IMG/VR virus record: IMGVR_UViG_3300044960_000817 | Span: 1-50,210 of that record | Origin: a virus | Lineage: Duplodnaviria; Caudoviricetes | Direction: 5' to 3' (one strand) | DNA length: 50,210 nt | In this document: piece after piece, positions 20,491 to 29,608 of the stretch | Layout of the letters: every line of letters begins with the position of its first letter | Position numbering within the stretch: the first letter of the stretch is position 1 | Notes under the pieces: model-generated | Told to the model about the DNA's origin: nothing | Seen by the model: the letters and a program-made list of their open reading frames with translations, nothing else | Databases searched by the model: none | Translations under genes and position numbers: made by a program

Positions 20491-22086
20491 TCAGAACCTC
20501 CACTTCGAGCGGGCGGTGCTGCCGCTCGGCGCGACCTTGGGCGCGGCCAGTCGCTCGCGCAGGTCGGCCCACGCCCAGTAGGCCGCGTCCGTCAGATCGA
20601 AGGGCTTGGCCTTCGGGAATCGCCGCAGCGCGCGCTCCAGCGTCAGGTGGGTGCCGAGGACGTGGACCAGGCCGCCGCGCTCGTAGTCGGCCAGCATCTG
20701 GCTGGCGCGGTGGACCTTGGGGCCGTGGCCCGCGCCGGCCTTGGCCGAGCGGAAGGCGGGCGGGCGCGTCGCCGCCGGATCGAGGCCGCGCGTCCGGCAG
20801 TAGCTCTCCCAGGCGCGGGCGTAGCTCGACTTCCAGGTATCGCCGCCCTGGTCGGTCTCGACGCCGACCGCCTCGGCCCCGAGCTCGACCGCCTTGGCGA
20901 TGGCGCGCAGCATGACCGCCTCGGGGCCGGCGCGATCCTCCCAGGACCAGAGCCGGTAGATCGTGCCGTCCGCGCCCAGTCCGTCGGCCTGGATGCCGCA
21001 GGCGTCGGAGTCGTCGGTGTCGGTGACGGCCGGGTCGACCCAGACGACGGTGCGCACCAGGTCGGGCACGGCGGCGGCGGCGACGCGCTGCCAGACCAGG
21101 TGGCCGAACAGGCCGCCGTCGGGGTCGTCGACCTCGTGCTGGGCCTCGCGCAGGAAGGCGGTCAGCCCCCAGGTATTGATCTGCTGCTGGCAGACGGCCA
21201 GGTCCTGGCCGGCCCAGGTCGGCGCGCCGCCGGTGATGACCCAGCGGCCGTCGCGCTGCTCGACGGTCAGCCCCTGCACCGCCGGGATCGGGCCGGTCAC
21301 GATCCGGTCGAGCAGGAAGTCGGCGCGCCCGTCGGCCAGCCGGGCGAAGACGCCCTGGTGATGCACCAGGTTCTGGATGGCGATCACGGCGCAGTCGCTC
21401 GCCTCGGCCGGCAGCAGCTTGCGCGTCAGCGCCGCGATCTTGCGCTCGACGGTGCCGGGGCTGTCCAACTCGCCGTCGATGTCGTCCAGGATGATCAGGC
21501 CCGGGCGGTCCTCCTCGATCTTGACGCCGCGGGCGGCGGTGTCGAGGCCGATGGCGTCCAGGGTGAAGCCGGAGGCGGTGCGCAGTCGATTGCGCCGCCA
21601 GCCGCGCGAATTGCCGTAGCGGCCCTTGAGCGGCCGGGCGGCCTCGGGGTAGAGGCGCTCCAACTCGCGCGCCTCCAGCAGGCTGGCGACGTTGCCGACG
21701 TGGTCGTCGGCCTGCTCCTGGGTGCCGCAGACATAGAGCGCATAGGCGCGCTGGCGGCGGGCGGCGATGGCGGCGCAGGCCAGCTCGACCGAGGTGCTCT
21801 TCGCCCCGCCGCGCGGCAGGATCAGCACATAGGGGGCGGGCCGGACGCCCGGCTCGATCGTCCAGATGTGCCGCCAGAAATCCTGGTGGTGCTGGGCGAA
21901 CGGGGCGCGCACGTGGCTGGGGAAGAGCGCCCGCAGCCAGGTCGCGGGATCGGCCTCCAGCCGCGCGCGCTCGCCGGCGTCGGCGGTCGTGACGCCGCCC
22001 TGGCCGCGCGCCAGTCGCAGGCTCAGCCCGGCCAGCCCGAGCGCGGCCGAGCCGCCGAGGAAGGCGCGGCGCGACAGGGCGGCCAC
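20491..22086 (-). CDS. terL: Terminase large subunit
   Basis: Walker A PRGGAKS, Walker B LIILDD, nuclease VWVDPA and DLTDA. Confidence 0.9.
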   Translation of the reverse strand: MAALSRRAFLGGSAALGLAGLSLRLARGQGGVTTADAGERARLEADPATWLRALFPSHVRAPFAQHHQDFWRHIWTIEPGVRPAPYVLILPRGGAKSTSVELACAAIAARRQRAYALYVCGTQEQADDHVGNVASLLEARELERLYPEAARPLKGRYGNSRGWRRNRLRTASGFTLDAIGLDTAARGVKIEEDRPGLIILDDIDGELDSPGTVERKIAALTRKLLPAEASDCAVIAIQNLVHHQGVFARLADGRADFLLDRIVTGPIPAVQGLTVEQRDGRWVITGGAPTWAGQDLAVCQQQINTWGLTAFLREAQHEVDDPDGGLFGHLVWQRVAAAAVPDLVRTVVWVDPAVTDTDDSDACGIQADGLGADGTIYRLWSWEDRAGPEAVMLRAIAKAVELGAEAVGVETDQGGDTWKSSYARAWESYCRTRGLDPAATRPPAFRSAKAGAGHGPKVHRASQMLADYERGGLVHVLGTHLTLERALRRFPKAKPFDLTDAAYWAWADLRERLAAPKVAPSGSTARSKWRF

Positions 22087-22087
22087 G

Positions 22088-22681
22088 TTAGCGCCCGCCC
22101 CCGACGATGCGCTCGGCCTCGGCCAGCACGTCGGCGACGCTCAGGCCCAGCTCGCGCGCGATGCGCTCGGCCTCCTGCTGCAGGCGGGCGGCCGAGAGCT
22201 CGTCGAGCCGGGCGGTGCCGAGCAGCTTGATCTCCTCGGCCAGCGCCGCCAGCGCCAGCTTGATATAGCGCGGGTCGCCCTGGCGCTGCTCGCGCCGCAG
22301 CGTCGCGCGGTCGCTGACCCGGCCCGGCCCGTCGCCGCCGCCGGGGGCGCTGGTGACGCGCTGGCTCTGGCTGATCTCGCGCGGCTGGCGCGAGGCATAC
22401 CACTCGGCCCACATCGTGCGCCAGACGTGGCGCAGCTTGGCCAGGTGGGCGGCGCGCGCCGCCTCGACCCGCTCGGCCTGCGCCAGCCGGGCGCGCCGGT
22501 GCAACTCGGCCACATCGCGATTGACCTGCTGCGGCGTGAGCGTATAGCCGTCCGGCCCGCGCAGGGCGTTGAGGCGGCCGGTCATCTCCAGTTGGGTCAG
22601 GCCCTCACACTCCCACTGGCTCAGCAATTCCAGGTCGCGCTCGCGCTGCTGCGGACTGCGTTTTGGTCCCGTCGATGGCAT
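22088..22681 (-). CDS. Terminase small subunit (putative)
   Basis: HTH-like N-terminus, helical, directly upstream of TerL. Confidence 0.65.
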   Translation of the reverse strand: MPSTGPKRSPQQRERDLELLSQWECEGLTQLEMTGRLNALRGPDGYTLTPQQVNRDVAELHRRARLAQAERVEAARAAHLAKLRHVWRTMWAEWYASRQPREISQSQRVTSAPGGGDGPGRVSDRATLRREQRQGDPRYIKLALAALAEEIKLLGTARLDELSAARLQQEAERIARELGLSVADVLAEAERIVGGGR

Positions 22682-22699
22682 GGATCACGTCTCTATGGA

Positions 22700-23998
22700 T
22701 CACGTCTCGGCCCGGCGCGGGGCGAGGCCCAGGCCGGCCAGGCGTTCGAGGATGACGGCCACGTAGCGCGGCTCCCGCTCCAGGCCATAGCAGCGCCGGC
22801 CGGCCTGCTCGGCGGCGACGAACTGCGTGCCGGAGCCGGCGAATGGCTCGTAGCAGAGATCGCCGGGCGCGGTGTGCTGGGCGATCGGGATGGCGAAGAT
22901 CTCGACCGGCTTGGCGGTCGGGTGGTCGGTGTGGACGCCGGGCTTGATGGTCGCCACCTGCCAGACCGAGCGCGGGTGGTCGTCGCTGACCCGCTTCGGC
23001 TTGTGCGGCCGGACCCAGCCGAAGAAGCAGGGCTCGTGCTGCCACATGTACCAGCTGCGATTCAGGATCGGCCGGTCCTTGACCCAGATGATCTGCTGGT
23101 GGACGAAGGCCCCGTTGCGCTCGAAGGCGGCCTGGACCAGCGCCGCCCTGACGCCAGCGTGCCAGCAGTACCAGGCGGCGTCCTGGGCGATCGCCTCGGC
23201 ACGCGCCACGGCCATGAAGGCCGCGTATAACGCCTCCGGGTCGCCGATCTTGTCCCAGTCGCGGTAGGAGTCCGACCAGTCCTTGTTGTTATCCGGATCG
23301 CCCCACTTGTGGGGGTGGTTGGTGCCGTCGTAGGCGACGGCATAGGGCGGGTCGGTGGCGAACAGCACGGCGCGCTCGCCGCGCATCAGCCGGCGCACGT
23401 CCTCGGCGCTGGTGCTGTCGCCGCACAGCAGCCGGTGCGCGTGCCCCGGCAGCGTCCGGCTGGGGATCTCCCACAACTGGCCCGGCGCGGTCTGCCACTT
23501 GGCGAGCAACTCGTCGGCCCGGTCCGGCTCCGCGCCGGGGTCGTCGGCCAGGCCGGCGTCGGCCGGGTCGCGCGCGCCGCCGGCGTAGTCCAGCCCGTGC
23601 TGGGCCGCCAGGTCGGCCAGCATCGTCTGGAGCGCCGGCACGCCGGTGCTGACCTCGCGCAGCAACTCGTCGAGCTTGGCGGCGTCGGCGGTGGCCAGGC
23701 CGGCAATCGGGTCGAGCGTGGCCAGCACCAGCGCCTCCTCGGCCTCCTCCAGGTCGACATAGAGCACCGGCACGGCCGCCTCGCCGTTGCGGTCGGCCAG
23801 CGTCACGCGCAGGTGGCCGTCGAGCAGGCGGCCGGTGCGCCGGTTGACGATCACCTGCTGGACCCAGCCGACCTCGGCCAGCGAGCCGGCCAGCGCCTCC
23901 TGCTGCGCCGCCGGGTGGGTGCGCCAGTTGCGCGGGTTGGCCAGCAGCTGATCGGGCGGCTCGGCCCCCTGCCCGACGATCCGGTTGCGCCAGTGCAT
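22700..23998 (-). CDS. ParB-like domain + N4/N6 amino-DNA methyltransferase
   Basis: NPRNWRTH/LLDGHLR ParB-like; HRLLCGDS, TDPPY, HPTAKP, EPFAGSGT. Confidence 0.9.
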   Translation of the reverse strand: MHWRNRIVGQGAEPPDQLLANPRNWRTHPAAQQEALAGSLAEVGWVQQVIVNRRTGRLLDGHLRVTLADRNGEAAVPVLYVDLEEAEEALVLATLDPIAGLATADAAKLDELLREVSTGVPALQTMLADLAAQHGLDYAGGARDPADAGLADDPGAEPDRADELLAKWQTAPGQLWEIPSRTLPGHAHRLLCGDSTSAEDVRRLMRGERAVLFATDPPYAVAYDGTNHPHKWGDPDNNKDWSDSYRDWDKIGDPEALYAAFMAVARAEAIAQDAAWYCWHAGVRAALVQAAFERNGAFVHQQIIWVKDRPILNRSWYMWQHEPCFFGWVRPHKPKRVSDDHPRSVWQVATIKPGVHTDHPTAKPVEIFAIPIAQHTAPGDLCYEPFAGSGTQFVAAEQAGRRCYGLEREPRYVAVILERLAGLGLAPRRAET

Positions 23999-24072
23999 GC
24001 CACCCTCCCGGCTCGTGTGCTACGCATCAGGAGCGCCTTGCTACGCATGAGTATACCGCCCTGGCCGCCTGG

Positions 24073-24420
24073 TTAGACGATCAGCACCAGCAGGAAGGGT
24101 TGGCTGGGGCGCTTGGGGGCGTAGAGATCGCGGCCGCTCAGCGTGGCGCGGAACCAGCATTTGTAGAGGCCGGCGGTGTCGGTGTCGCCGGTCGCCCAGG
24201 CGTACTTCGCCTTGCCGCGATTGGCGGTCGTGCCGTCGTCGAGCTTGGTGGCGGCGACGCCATTGAGCTTGTACGCGCCGGTGGCGGCGTTCTGGAGGTA
24301 GATGACGACGCTGGTCGCGCCGGAGATGTCGATCGCGCCGGTGTCGTCCTCGAAGGTGATCGCCAGTTCGGGCAGGCGGCCATCCTTGCCGATGGTGAAA
24401 TCGACGAGCGTCGCGGTCAT
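24073..24420 (-). CDS. BppU-like virion protein
   Basis: IDISGATS..GKAKYAWATGDTDTAGLY pattern. Confidence 0.6.
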   Translation of the reverse strand: MTATLVDFTIGKDGRLPELAITFEDDTGAIDISGATSVVIYLQNAATGAYKLNGVAATKLDDGTTANRGKAKYAWATGDTDTAGLYKCWFRATLSGRDLYAPKRPSQPFLLVLIV

Positions 24421-25712
24421 GGCCCAACCCCCAGCGAGGTCTTGGTAACGGTGGCGCGCAGCGTGGCGCGCCCGACGGTGACGGTCAACTCGGTGCCGCT
24501 GGCGGTCGGCCGGGCGGTGACGCTGCCGGTGATGGCCGGCAGCGTCACGCCGGTTTGGGTGATGGCGAGCGCCTCCTGGCCACCGGCGGCATAGGCAGCG
24601 GCCAGCGCGGCGGCGATCGCCAGCGCCGCGGCCACGCTGCCGGCCTCGGCCGGCGACACGCTGACGGCCAGGCTGACCGCCTCGGCCGCGCCGCCAGCGT
24701 CGGCCAGCAGGATCGGCACGGTCACGCTGACCGCCGCGGCCGCGCTGCCGGCCGCGGCGGGCGCGAGCGTGACGCTGGCGGTGGCCGCCTCACTCGCGCT
24801 GCCGGCCGCGGCGGGCGCGAGCGTGGCGGCGATGGCGGCCGTCTCGGCCTGGCTGCCCTGCTCGCCGACCGGCAGGCTGCCGGCTACGTCCGGGGCGATG
24901 GCGGTGCCGCCCGCCTCGGCGGGCGCGAGCGTGGCGCTGGCGGTGGCCGCCTCGGCCGCGCTGCCGGCCGCGGCGGGCGCGAGCGTGACGCTGGCGGTGG
25001 CCGCCTCACTCGCGCTGCCGGCCGCGGCGGGCGCGAGCGTGGCGGCGATGGCGGCCGTCTCGGCCTGGCTGCCCTGCTCGCCGACCGGCAGGCTGCCGGC
25101 TACGTCCGGGGCGATGGCGGTGCCGCCCGCCTCGGCGGGCGCGAGCGTGGCGCTGGCGGTGGCCGCCTCGGTCGCGCTGCCGGCCTCGCCGACGGTCACC
25201 ACCGTGCCGCCAGTGGCGATGTCGGCTACCTCACTCGCGCTGCCGGCCGCGGCGGGCGCGAGCGTGGCGCTGGCGGCGACTGCCTCGGCGGTGCCGCCGG
25301 CCTCGCCGACCGGCAGGCTGCCGGCTACGTCCGGGGCGATGGCGGTGCCGCCCGCCTCGGCGGGCGCGAGCGTGGCGCTGGCGGCAGCCGCCTCACTCGC
25401 GCTGCCGGCCGCGGCGGGCGCGAGCGTGGCGGCGATGGCGGCCGTCTCGGCCTGGCTGCCCTGCTCGCCGACCGGCAGGCTGCCGGTCACGGCCGGGGCG
25501 ATGGCGGTGCCGCCGGCCTCGGTCGCGGTCAGGCTGGCGCTGGCGACGGCCGCCTCACTCGCGCTACCGGCCTCAGCCGGGACGAGCGCGATGGCGATCA
25601 GGATCGCCTCGGTCGCCGCGCCGCCGTCGTCAATGATCTTGGCGGCACCCGCGGGTGCCGCCGGCACGAAGGCCGCGTCCAGGCCCGGCAGCGGCAGGTA
25701 GGGGGCGAACAC
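24417..25712 (-). CDS. Ala-rich 18-aa repeat virion/fibre protein
   Basis: Tandem units such as TLAPAAAGSASEAATASV and SLPVGEQGSQAETAAIAA. Confidence 0.7.
   Translation of the reverse strand: MFAPYLPLPGLDAAFVPAAPAGAAKIIDDGGAATEAILIAIALVPAEAGSASEAAVASASLTATEAGGTAIAPAVTGSLPVGEQGSQAETAAIAATLAPAAAGSASEAAAASATLAPAEAGGTAIAPDVAGSLPVGEAGGTAEAVAASATLAPAAAGSASEVADIATGGTVVTVGEAGSATEAATASATLAPAEAGGTAIAPDVAGSLPVGEQGSQAETAAIAATLAPAAAGSASEAATASVTLAPAAAGSAAEAATASATLAPAEAGGTAIAPDVAGSLPVGEQGSQAETAAIAATLAPAAAGSASEAATASVTLAPAAAGSAAAAVSVTVPILLADAGGAAEAVSLAVSVSPAEAGSVAAALAIAAALAAAYAAGGQEALAITQTGVTLPAITGSVTARPTASGTELTVTVGRATLRATVTKTSLGVGP
24730..25575. repeat. 54-bp repeat array with a 216-bp higher-order duplication
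   Basis: The same block recurs at 24769 and 24985 (offset 216 = 4x54). Confidence 0.85.
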
Positions 25713-26435
25713 CTAGCGTCCCCGCGCCAGCCGCGCCAGCATGGCCGGCGGATAGAGCCCGACCCGCGGCGGCCCATCGGCCGTCGTCAGCGTGCCGACC
25801 GCCGTCCAGTGCCGGCCGGCACCGGAAACGTCCCGGAGATCGTTATGCCCGCCGCGCAGCGGCGTGCAGAGGTAGAGATCGCGCCAGCTCACCGGGTAGA
25901 GCCAGTTCATCTCCGCCTGGACCTCCGCCCGGCTCAGCGCGCGCCGCCAGATTTTGATGCCGGCGAAGCGGCCGTTGATCACGTCGACGTTGCTGGAGGT
26001 CATCCCGCCGACCTCGTTGCGCGTCGGCGCGGGCCGGCCCGACAGGCTGCCGGTGTGATTGACCTCCTGCGCGCCGTTGAGATAGGCGATCCGGCTGTTG
26101 GTCGCCGCCCGGACGATGCAGACGTGGTACCACGTCGCCGCCGCCAGCGCCGTCGCGCCGGCCGTCTCGGTGTAGTTACTCACCGAATCCATGGCGATCA
26201 GGAGGACGAACTGGCTGCTGCCGGTGCCCTTAAGGTCAAAAATGTCATAATTCTGCGAGGAGTTGTTGACGTTAATGCTGAAGATCGTGTCGTAGACGTT
26301 GAGGCCAGGCGCGGTCACCACGTACAGCCAGGTCATCATCGTGTAGGGCGCGTCGTAGCTGAGCAGGTCGCTGGTGCGCAGCAGCCGGTCGTTGCTGTCG
26401 ATCAACACCGCCTGCGGCATGGCGCTCGCCGGCAT
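25713..26435 (-). CDS. LamG/concanavalin-like virion protein
   Basis: YTMMTW, TWYHVCIV, AYLNG, IKIWRRALSRAEV motifs. Confidence 0.8.
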   Translation of the reverse strand: MPASAMPQAVLIDSNDRLLRTSDLLSYDAPYTMMTWLYVVTAPGLNVYDTIFSINVNNSSQNYDIFDLKGTGSSQFVLLIAMDSVSNYTETAGATALAAATWYHVCIVRAATNSRIAYLNGAQEVNHTGSLSGRPAPTRNEVGGMTSSNVDVINGRFAGIKIWRRALSRAEVQAEMNWLYPVSWRDLYLCTPLRGGHNDLRDVSGAGRHWTAVGTLTTADGPPRVGLYPPAMLARLARGR

Positions 26436-26437
26436 CG

Positions 26438-26869
26438 TTAGGTCCCGCGCGTGCTGTAATAGGCGGCGCTGACGGTCGAGCCGGAGGCCGGGAAGGCCAC
26501 GCCGGCCCGGTTGATCAGCGCCACCCGGAACTCGCCCGGCGGCAGCAGCACCGGCCACAGCCCCCGGCGCTGGGCGGTCGCGTTGCGCAGCACGAAATTC
26601 CCGACCCACAGCGCCGCCTGGAGGTCGGCCACCGCGTCGTCCGGGAAATTGGTCCCGTCCAGGCTGGGCAGCAGATACAACTCGCAGATCGTGCCGGCCG
26701 CCGGGGCGGTGCCGAAGGTCACCACCAGCTCGACTGCGGCGAACAGCTCCTGGTTGGTATTGACGACATCGCCGCTAACCGCCCGCGCGCCGTTGGCCAG
26801 GCTGTTGAGCTCCGTCGACAGCCAGGTGACGGCCGTGGCGAGAGTGTCATAGCGAAACGAGGAGGCCAT
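26438..26869 (-). CDS. Putative virion structural protein
   Basis: ELNSLANG...LYLLPSLDGTNFPD beta-sandwich pattern. Confidence 0.6.
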   Translation of the reverse strand: MASSFRYDTLATAVTWLSTELNSLANGARAVSGDVVNTNQELFAAVELVVTFGTAPAAGTICELYLLPSLDGTNFPDDAVADLQAALWVGNFVLRNATAQRRGLWPVLLPPGEFRVALINRAGVAFPASGSTVSAAYYSTRGT

Positions 26870-26878
26870 GCTCGCTCC

Positions 26879-27373
26879 CTACCCGGCCAGCGCCCGGCCG
26901 ATATCGTCGATCGTCACGACCGTGCCCGGTCCCCAGAGTTGCTCGGCGCGCGAGCCGCGCCGGGTGGCCAGCGCCAGCAGGCGCGTCCGGCTGCCCTGGG
27001 TATCGCTGGTGATCAGCCGGTTGAGGTTGCCGAGCACGCGGTTGTTCGAGCCGTCCTCGTTGAGCAGCGCGATCGTCGTGCGCTGCTGGGTGATGCTCTC
27101 GAACCAGGCCACGTGCGCCGCGTTGGGGCTGGTGGCGAAATCGCGGTTGTCGATCGCCTCCAGCAGGTCGGCGGCGCTGATCGACGGGTTGCGGACGGTG
27201 ATGGCCGCCCCGGTCGGCGCGCCGGCCACCGGCGGGGCGGTCACGCCGTCGCGCGGCCAGTTGAGCAGGTCGGCCAGCGCCTGGTGGTTGCCGGCGGCCA
27301 GGTGGGACGCATAGCCGAGGCCGGCCGGGTCGGCCTGGAGCTCGCTCCGCAGTGCGGCGTCTGTCATCGCCAT
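26879..27373 (-). CDS. Putative virion protein
   Basis: LRSELQADPAGLGY...SRAEQLWGPG; GGGAGG RBS. Confidence 0.6.
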   Translation of the reverse strand: MAMTDAALRSELQADPAGLGYASHLAAGNHQALADLLNWPRDGVTAPPVAGAPTGAAITVRNPSISAADLLEAIDNRDFATSPNAAHVAWFESITQQRTTIALLNEDGSNNRVLGNLNRLITSDTQGSRTRLLALATRRGSRAEQLWGPGTVVTIDDIGRALAG

Positions 27374-27388
27374 TGGTGCGCCTCCCCG

Positions 27389-28291
27389 TTAGCTCATCGT
27401 CACCTGGAGCGTCGGCGTCCAGGTCTGGCCGCTGGCCTTGGTGCCCTGGTTGCTGACCTTGCGCAGCATGTTGGTGGCGTCGCTCGCGCCGTTGCGAACC
27501 GAGAACTCGTACCACTCGTGGTTGGCCTCGGTCGAACCGAAGTCGGCGGAGCGGAAATCCATCCGGCGCATGCCGGACCCGCCCTTGGCCGGGTAGGAGG
27601 CGGCCATCGCCTTGAACCACTTCTTCTGGCGGGCGGTCCAGGTGACGCTGCCGTCGGCGGTGGTCGCGCCGTCGGTCTCGTTCCAGGAGGGCTCGGATGC
27701 GCCCGAGGTGCCGGCCGTGGTGCATTCCTGGATGACGACGGTCGCCTCGGTCGGACTGGTCCGCCGCCGCTCGTTGCCGAGCGAGTACGCGGTGCTGGCC
27801 GCCCAGGCGGTGCGGGCCGCGATCGCCTGCAGGTCGGTCTGGGTGGCGCTGGCATTGTCGGTGGCGCTCTTGTTGTTGTCGCCGACCACCAGTTGGGCGT
27901 TGGCATTGCCGAAGTTGGTCGGCGTGCCGATGTTGCAGATCAGCTCCCAGCAATCGTTGTCCCAGCCCTCATTGAGGAGGAGGTTGCCGGCGAACTCGGT
28001 CACCGGCTGGGCGCAGACCGCGCCCTTAACCGCGAACTCGCGCTCCAGGTCCTCCAGCTTGGCGCGCAGGTAGGCGACGTCGTTGGCCAGGCCGTGGCGC
28101 GCGAGATGGACGATCTCGGCCCAATAGCGCGCCAGCCGGGCGTCGAGCCAGGCCTTATGGTCGGCGGCGAAGCGGCGGATCTCCCAGCGGGTGAAGAGTC
28201 GCGATGGCGACCAGAGCTCGGGTTTGACCGCCATGCGCGGATAACTGACCGCGCGGCCGGTCGGGATAGCGAGCTGGCGGGCCGTGGTCAT
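27389..28291 (-). CDS. Putative virion protein with small carbohydrate-binding-like insert
   Basis: Start MTTARQ with GAGGGGAGG RBS; GNLLLNEG...FGSTEANHEWYEF; insert WAASTAY...CTTAGTSGASEPSW...DGSVTW. Confidence 0.6.
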   Translation of the reverse strand: MTTARQLAIPTGRAVSYPRMAVKPELWSPSRLFTRWEIRRFAADHKAWLDARLARYWAEIVHLARHGLANDVAYLRAKLEDLEREFAVKGAVCAQPVTEFAGNLLLNEGWDNDCWELICNIGTPTNFGNANAQLVVGDNNKSATDNASATQTDLQAIAARTAWAASTAYSLGNERRRTSPTEATVVIQECTTAGTSGASEPSWNETDGATTADGSVTWTARQKKWFKAMAASYPAKGGSGMRRMDFRSADFGSTEANHEWYEFSVRNGASDATNMLRKVSNQGTKASGQTWTPTLQVTMS

Positions 28292-28710
28292 GGCACCCTC
28301 CCCTCGACGTGATAGAGCTCGGCCTGCAAGCGCTCCAGCTCGGCGGCGAGCGCGCGGACGCGCTCGCGCTGGGCAAGGCGGGCGGCCGCCTGCGCGCGGA
28401 AGGCGTCGGAGAAGCGGCCCAGGTCGGGCCGGGCGAGGGCGGCACACTCGCGCGAGCAGACGAGCGTGCCGTCATACTCCAGGCAGCCCTGGCTCGGCGC
28501 GCCGCAGTGCTGGCAGGCAAAGTCGACCAGCGCGACGTGGCCGGGCACGATCGGCACCGGGCCACGGGCGGTGGCATAGCTGCCGTAGCGCGCGGCGCAC
28601 TCGGCCAGGGTCAGATACTCGCGGACGTCGGGCATGGGGAAGGGCTGGCCGCGGGCGCGCCAGTCCTCCCAGACCGCCCGGCTGCGCTCGATCTCGGCGG
28701 CGTCGATCAC
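28288..28710 (-). CDS. Hypothetical protein with CxxC motifs
   Basis: AGGAGG RBS before GTG 28710; CQHC...CSREC. Confidence 0.55.
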   Translation of the reverse strand: MIDAAEIERSRAVWEDWRARGQPFPMPDVREYLTLAECAARYGSYATARGPVPIVPGHVALVDFACQHCGAPSQGCLEYDGTLVCSRECAALARPDLGRFSDAFRAQAAARLAQRERVRALAAELERLQAELYHVEGRVP

Positions 28711-28844
28711 CGGCTCATCCTCCTGGGCACACAACAACCCGCCGGCCGTGGCATGGGGTCGGGCCGGCGGGCGCGACGCGATGCGTCGGTGGTGCGCTCA
28801 GGGGGGGCCGGCCGGGGGCCGGCGCGCCGTGGCGTCTGGTGAGA

Positions 28845-29255
28845 TTATCCGCTGTCGCCGGCCGCGCTGCCAGCGGGCGGCCGGGCGGCGGCCAGCAGCG
28901 TCTGCTCGATGGCCGGCCGGTCGCGCGGCCGCCAGACGTGGACGGTCGCGCCGGCCAACCGCAGCGCCGCGTGCCAGGCGCGCTGCTCGGGCGTCGGGTA
29001 GCGGCCGTCGCGCTTGGCCTCGACGAAGGCCAGGAAGGGCCGGCGCGGGTGGACGATGACCAGATCGGGGAAGCCGCTGGCGGTATTGCGCGCGCGCCGG
29101 CCCCGGTGGGTCTTGCGGCTGTCCGGATGGCGATAGACCAGGTAGCCCAACCGCTCGGCCAGGTCGACGAGCCAGCCCTGGAAGCCCAGTTCGGCCTCGG
29201 CGGGCGGGGTGAGCAGGTCGGCCGGGGCAAGCCCGGCCGAACGGCGGAGAGTCAT
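28845..29255 (-). CDS. VRR-NUC (PD-(D/E)xK) nuclease
   Basis: SGFPDLVI...FVEAK...TPEQRAW. Confidence 0.85.
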   Translation of the reverse strand: MTLRRSAGLAPADLLTPPAEAELGFQGWLVDLAERLGYLVYRHPDSRKTHRGRRARNTASGFPDLVIVHPRRPFLAFVEAKRDGRYPTPEQRAWHAALRLAGATVHVWRPRDRPAIEQTLLAAARPPAGSAAGDSG

Positions 29256-29335
29256 GCTCCCTCCCGTTGCCGGGGCCGCCTCGCAGGCCGCGGCCCTGGC
29301 AATGGGAGGACGGCGCGTCCGGCCGCCGGTTACGG

Positions 29336-29608
29336 CTACTGGACGATCTGGAGGCCGCGCCGTCCAGACTCGCCGCCCCGGCGCAGCTCGCGCAGCAGCC
29401 GCGCGCCGACCTGCTCGCCCAGGCGGGTGAATGCCTCGATCTCCTCGCGCGTCAGGTCGATGGTGAGCTCGACGGCGCTGCCGTCTGGCAAGCGGAGGAT
29501 GCCATCCAGACGGCCGGAGCCGTCATAGGCGCGACCAAAGTCGTTATAGACGATGACTTGGCCGAAGCGCACTTCTTGCACCATGAACACGGGACGCGCT
29601 GGCCGCAT
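29336..29608 (-). CDS. Hypothetical protein
   Basis: AGGAGG upstream; plausible composition; start uncertain. Confidence 0.5.
   Translation of the reverse strand: MRPARPVFMVQEVRFGQVIVYNDFGRAYDGSGRLDGILRLPDGSAVELTIDLTREEIEAFTRLGEQVGARLLRELRRGGESGRRGLQIVQ

Noticed and set aside
24730-25575. Diversity-generating retroelement TR/VR pair
   Set aside because: No reverse transcriptase in the genome; the repeats are tandem and show no adenine-specific pattern.
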